Source: Eledone cirrhosa (Eukaryota). Taken from it: 64,000 nt of DNA. Below are positions 60,958 to 64,000 of this stretch, one piece after another. Both the position numbers and the translations under genes were made by a program. Every line of letters starts with the position of its first letter. Position 1 is the first letter of the stretch. The notes below the pieces were generated by a model. The model searched no databases and had not been told where the DNA came from. It worked only from the letters and a program-made list of their open reading frames with translations. The stretch covers positions 13,888,001-13,952,000 of the forward strand of contig OZ024762.1 of NCBI GenBank assembly GCA_964016885.1, given 5' to 3'.

Positions 60958-61099
60958 TATATATATATATAATACTTATATATATATATATGTTCTGCCT
61001 TAGTGTGTTGTTTTATGCGGGGGGAGGGTCTAAGATGATATTTATATACCGGGTCACTACTGTTTTACATTTAGCTTCAGTGTCCAACACCACCCCGCC

Positions 61100-61900
61100 A
61101 CCCCACAGTCATCTCCACCACCACCACCACTACCACAACTAAACCCACTACCGGCACCACCACCACCACCACCTTCACCTGCACCACCACCATCATCTTC
61201 AGCACAACCACCACCACCACTACCACAACTAATCCCACTACCAGTACCACCACCACGACCACCTTCACCTCCACCACCAGCACCACCAGTACCACCTCCA
61301 CGACCACCGCACCACCACCACCACCACCTTCACCTGCACCACCACCATCATCTTCAGCACAACCACCACCACCACTACCACAACTAATCCCACTACCAGT
61401 ACCACCACCACGACCACCTTCATCTCCACCACCAGCACCACCAGCACCACCAGTACCACCTCCACGACCACCGCACCACCACCACCACCACCTTCACCTG
61501 CACCACCACCATCATCTTCAGCACAACCACCACCACCACCACTACCACAACTAATCCCACTACCAGTACCACCACCACGACCACCTTCACCTCCACCACC
61601 AGCACCACCAGTACCACCTCCACGACCACCGCACCACCACCACCACCACCTTCACCTGCACCACCACCATCATCTTCAGCACAACCACCACCACCACCAC
61701 ACCACCACCACCACCACCACCACAACCACACCACCACACCACCGCACCACCACCACCACCACACCACCAGTACCACCTCTATAACCACCACCACCACACC
61801 ACCACCACCACCACCACAACCACACCACCGCACCACCACCACCACCACCGCACCACCACCACCACCACCACCACACCACCACCACTACCACCACCACCAC
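61100..61900. repeat. ACC-rich minisatellite, about 155-165-bp unit x4
   Basis: accttcacctgcaccaccaccatcatcttcagcacaacc near 61171, 61326, 61490 and 61648. Confidence 0.88.
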
Positions 61901-62410
61901 CAACATATACCAGCAGGACATTTAGGTATTCATTAGGGTTTAATTTCGATTTTATAAGGCGGAGATGGAGTTGCGAGTTGGGGGATGTTTAAGGTGTATG
62001 TGGGATTGGTATGTATTGGTGGGGTGGGGTCAGGGTGTTGCTGGGGTGGGGTCAGGGGGTTGGTGGGGTGGTGTCTGGAATTAGAGGGGTTTATATAGAA
62101 ATGATAACGGTGTGGTGTTGATAGCTCAAGGGTTAAGTCATTCGCAAACAAATTGCTCATTGTACTGCTGTGTATATGTGGTGTGTGTGTGTGTGTGTGT
62201 GTGCGTATGTGTGTGTATGTATGTGTATGTGTGTGTGTATGTATGTATGTGTATGTATATATATGTGTGTGTGTGTTTCTGTACACACATGTATATATAT
62301 ATATATATATATACACATGTGTGTATGTGTACCTGTGACTATATATATATATGTATATGTTTTAAGAAATTTCAATACAATTGCACAGAAACACACACAT
62401 ATATACATAC

Positions 62411-62487
<77 letters not shown>

Positions 62488-62509
62488 GTCACAGGTAAAC
62501 ACACACATG

Positions 62510-62547
<38 letters not shown>

Positions 62548-62591
62548 ATATTTGATATATATATCATATATATATATATATATATTTGATA

Positions 62592-62662
<71 letters not shown>

Positions 62663-63622
62663 TATACAATTAAAGGCACACACACCTTTCTTTACCAAAG
62701 TGCCCCGGGGTAAGAAAACTTGTCTAACCAAAACCACCACCACCACCTCACATCCTCTCTCCCCTTCATACTTATCAACCCTTTTCTCCTCTCTCCTCTC
62801 CTCTCCTCCCTCACCCCCCCCCCCTCCTTCACCACTGTTGCTTCGGGGGTGGGGGGGGAAGTTTATTTTCTCAGCTCAATAATAATAAAAATGGCGGCGA
62901 GGGTTGGGGGCGGGTGGATGGAGGAAGGGGTGGAGATCACTTTAATGAGACAAAGGCTAAACACTATCCTATTTAACCAATCACAACCCCCCCCCACCCG
63001 AACACTTTCGCCCCCACCCCACCCGACTCCTTTATTTCACCCCTCCTCGTTCACACCACTCCTCATTCATTCCACCACCACCACCACCCTACTCATTCAC
63101 TCTAATGGTGGTGATGGTGGTGGTGGTGGTTGTGGTATTGGTGGCGGTGGTAGTTATGGTGATGCTGATGGTAGTAGTGGTGTGGTAGTGGTGGCAGTAT
63201 TGGTGGTAGTGGTGGTAGTATTAGTGGTAGTGGTAGTAGTAGTAGTGGTAGTGGTGGCAGTATTGGTGGTAGTGGTGGTAGTATTAGTGGTAGTGGTAGT
63301 GGTGGTGGTAGTAGTAGTGGTTGAGGGTGTCGTAGTATGTAGGGGTGGTGGGGTGGAGCAGGAATGGTATTAAAGAATAAAAGACTGAAAGAATGAAAAT
63401 TAAGATTGAAGGAGAGAGAGAGAGAGAGAGCGAGAAAGAGAGAGAGGGATAGAGAGAGCGAGAAAGAGAGAGATAGAGAGAGAGATAGATGGATAGAGAG
63501 AGTGAGAAAGAGAGAGATATATAGAGAGAGAGCGAGAAAGGGAGAAAGAGAGAGACAGCCACAGAGACAGAGACAGAGAGAGAGAGAGCGAGATAGAGAG
63601 AGATAGAGAGAGCGAGAAAGAT

Positions 63623-63685
<63 letters not shown>

Positions 63686-63952
63686 CGCAGAGACAGAGAG
63701 AGAGTGAGAGGGATAACAGATTTTTTTTGTCTTAATTGTACATTTTTGAGTTTTTTTTCTGTTCGTCATCTTCCATAGGTTTGAGGGGGGTGGGGTGTCG
63801 GTGGTGGTAGGGGGGGTCTGTGGTCCGGGGCGGGGAACGGTGGTGTGGTGGTGTGTTTATATGGTGGGGAAACGTGTGCTCCTGAGCGTGATCATTCTTA
63901 TCACCATTTCCATGCCTATATATATATGTGTGTGTGTATATATATCTATCTA

Positions 63953-64000
<48 letters not shown>

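Overview
Eukaryotic, repeat-saturated, apparently gene-free DNA (intergenic or intronic). It is most likely from an octopod cephalopod, inferred from a tRNA-derived SINE that I recognise as octopus-like. No credible intact protein-coding gene is present: almost all listed ORFs are microsatellite translations, and the rest are spurious or LINE remnants. Between the microsatellites lie about 20 SINE copies or fragments, 3' ends of a Tx1/L1-like and an R4/Dong-like LINE in (TAA)n tracts, an internally deleted RTE element in (TATG)n, Tc1/mariner-type MITEs, several minisatellites and a 200-N gap. The most notable signal is about a dozen type I hammerhead ribozyme (HHR) motifs, some with intact cores and some decayed. 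They fall into at least five unrelated, short, ORF-less families sitting in (TA)n, and are repeatedly arranged as outward-facing inverted or fold-back pairs. This suggests a set of non-autonomous Penelope-like or retrozyme-like elements. All folds were assigned by eye and no database search was run.
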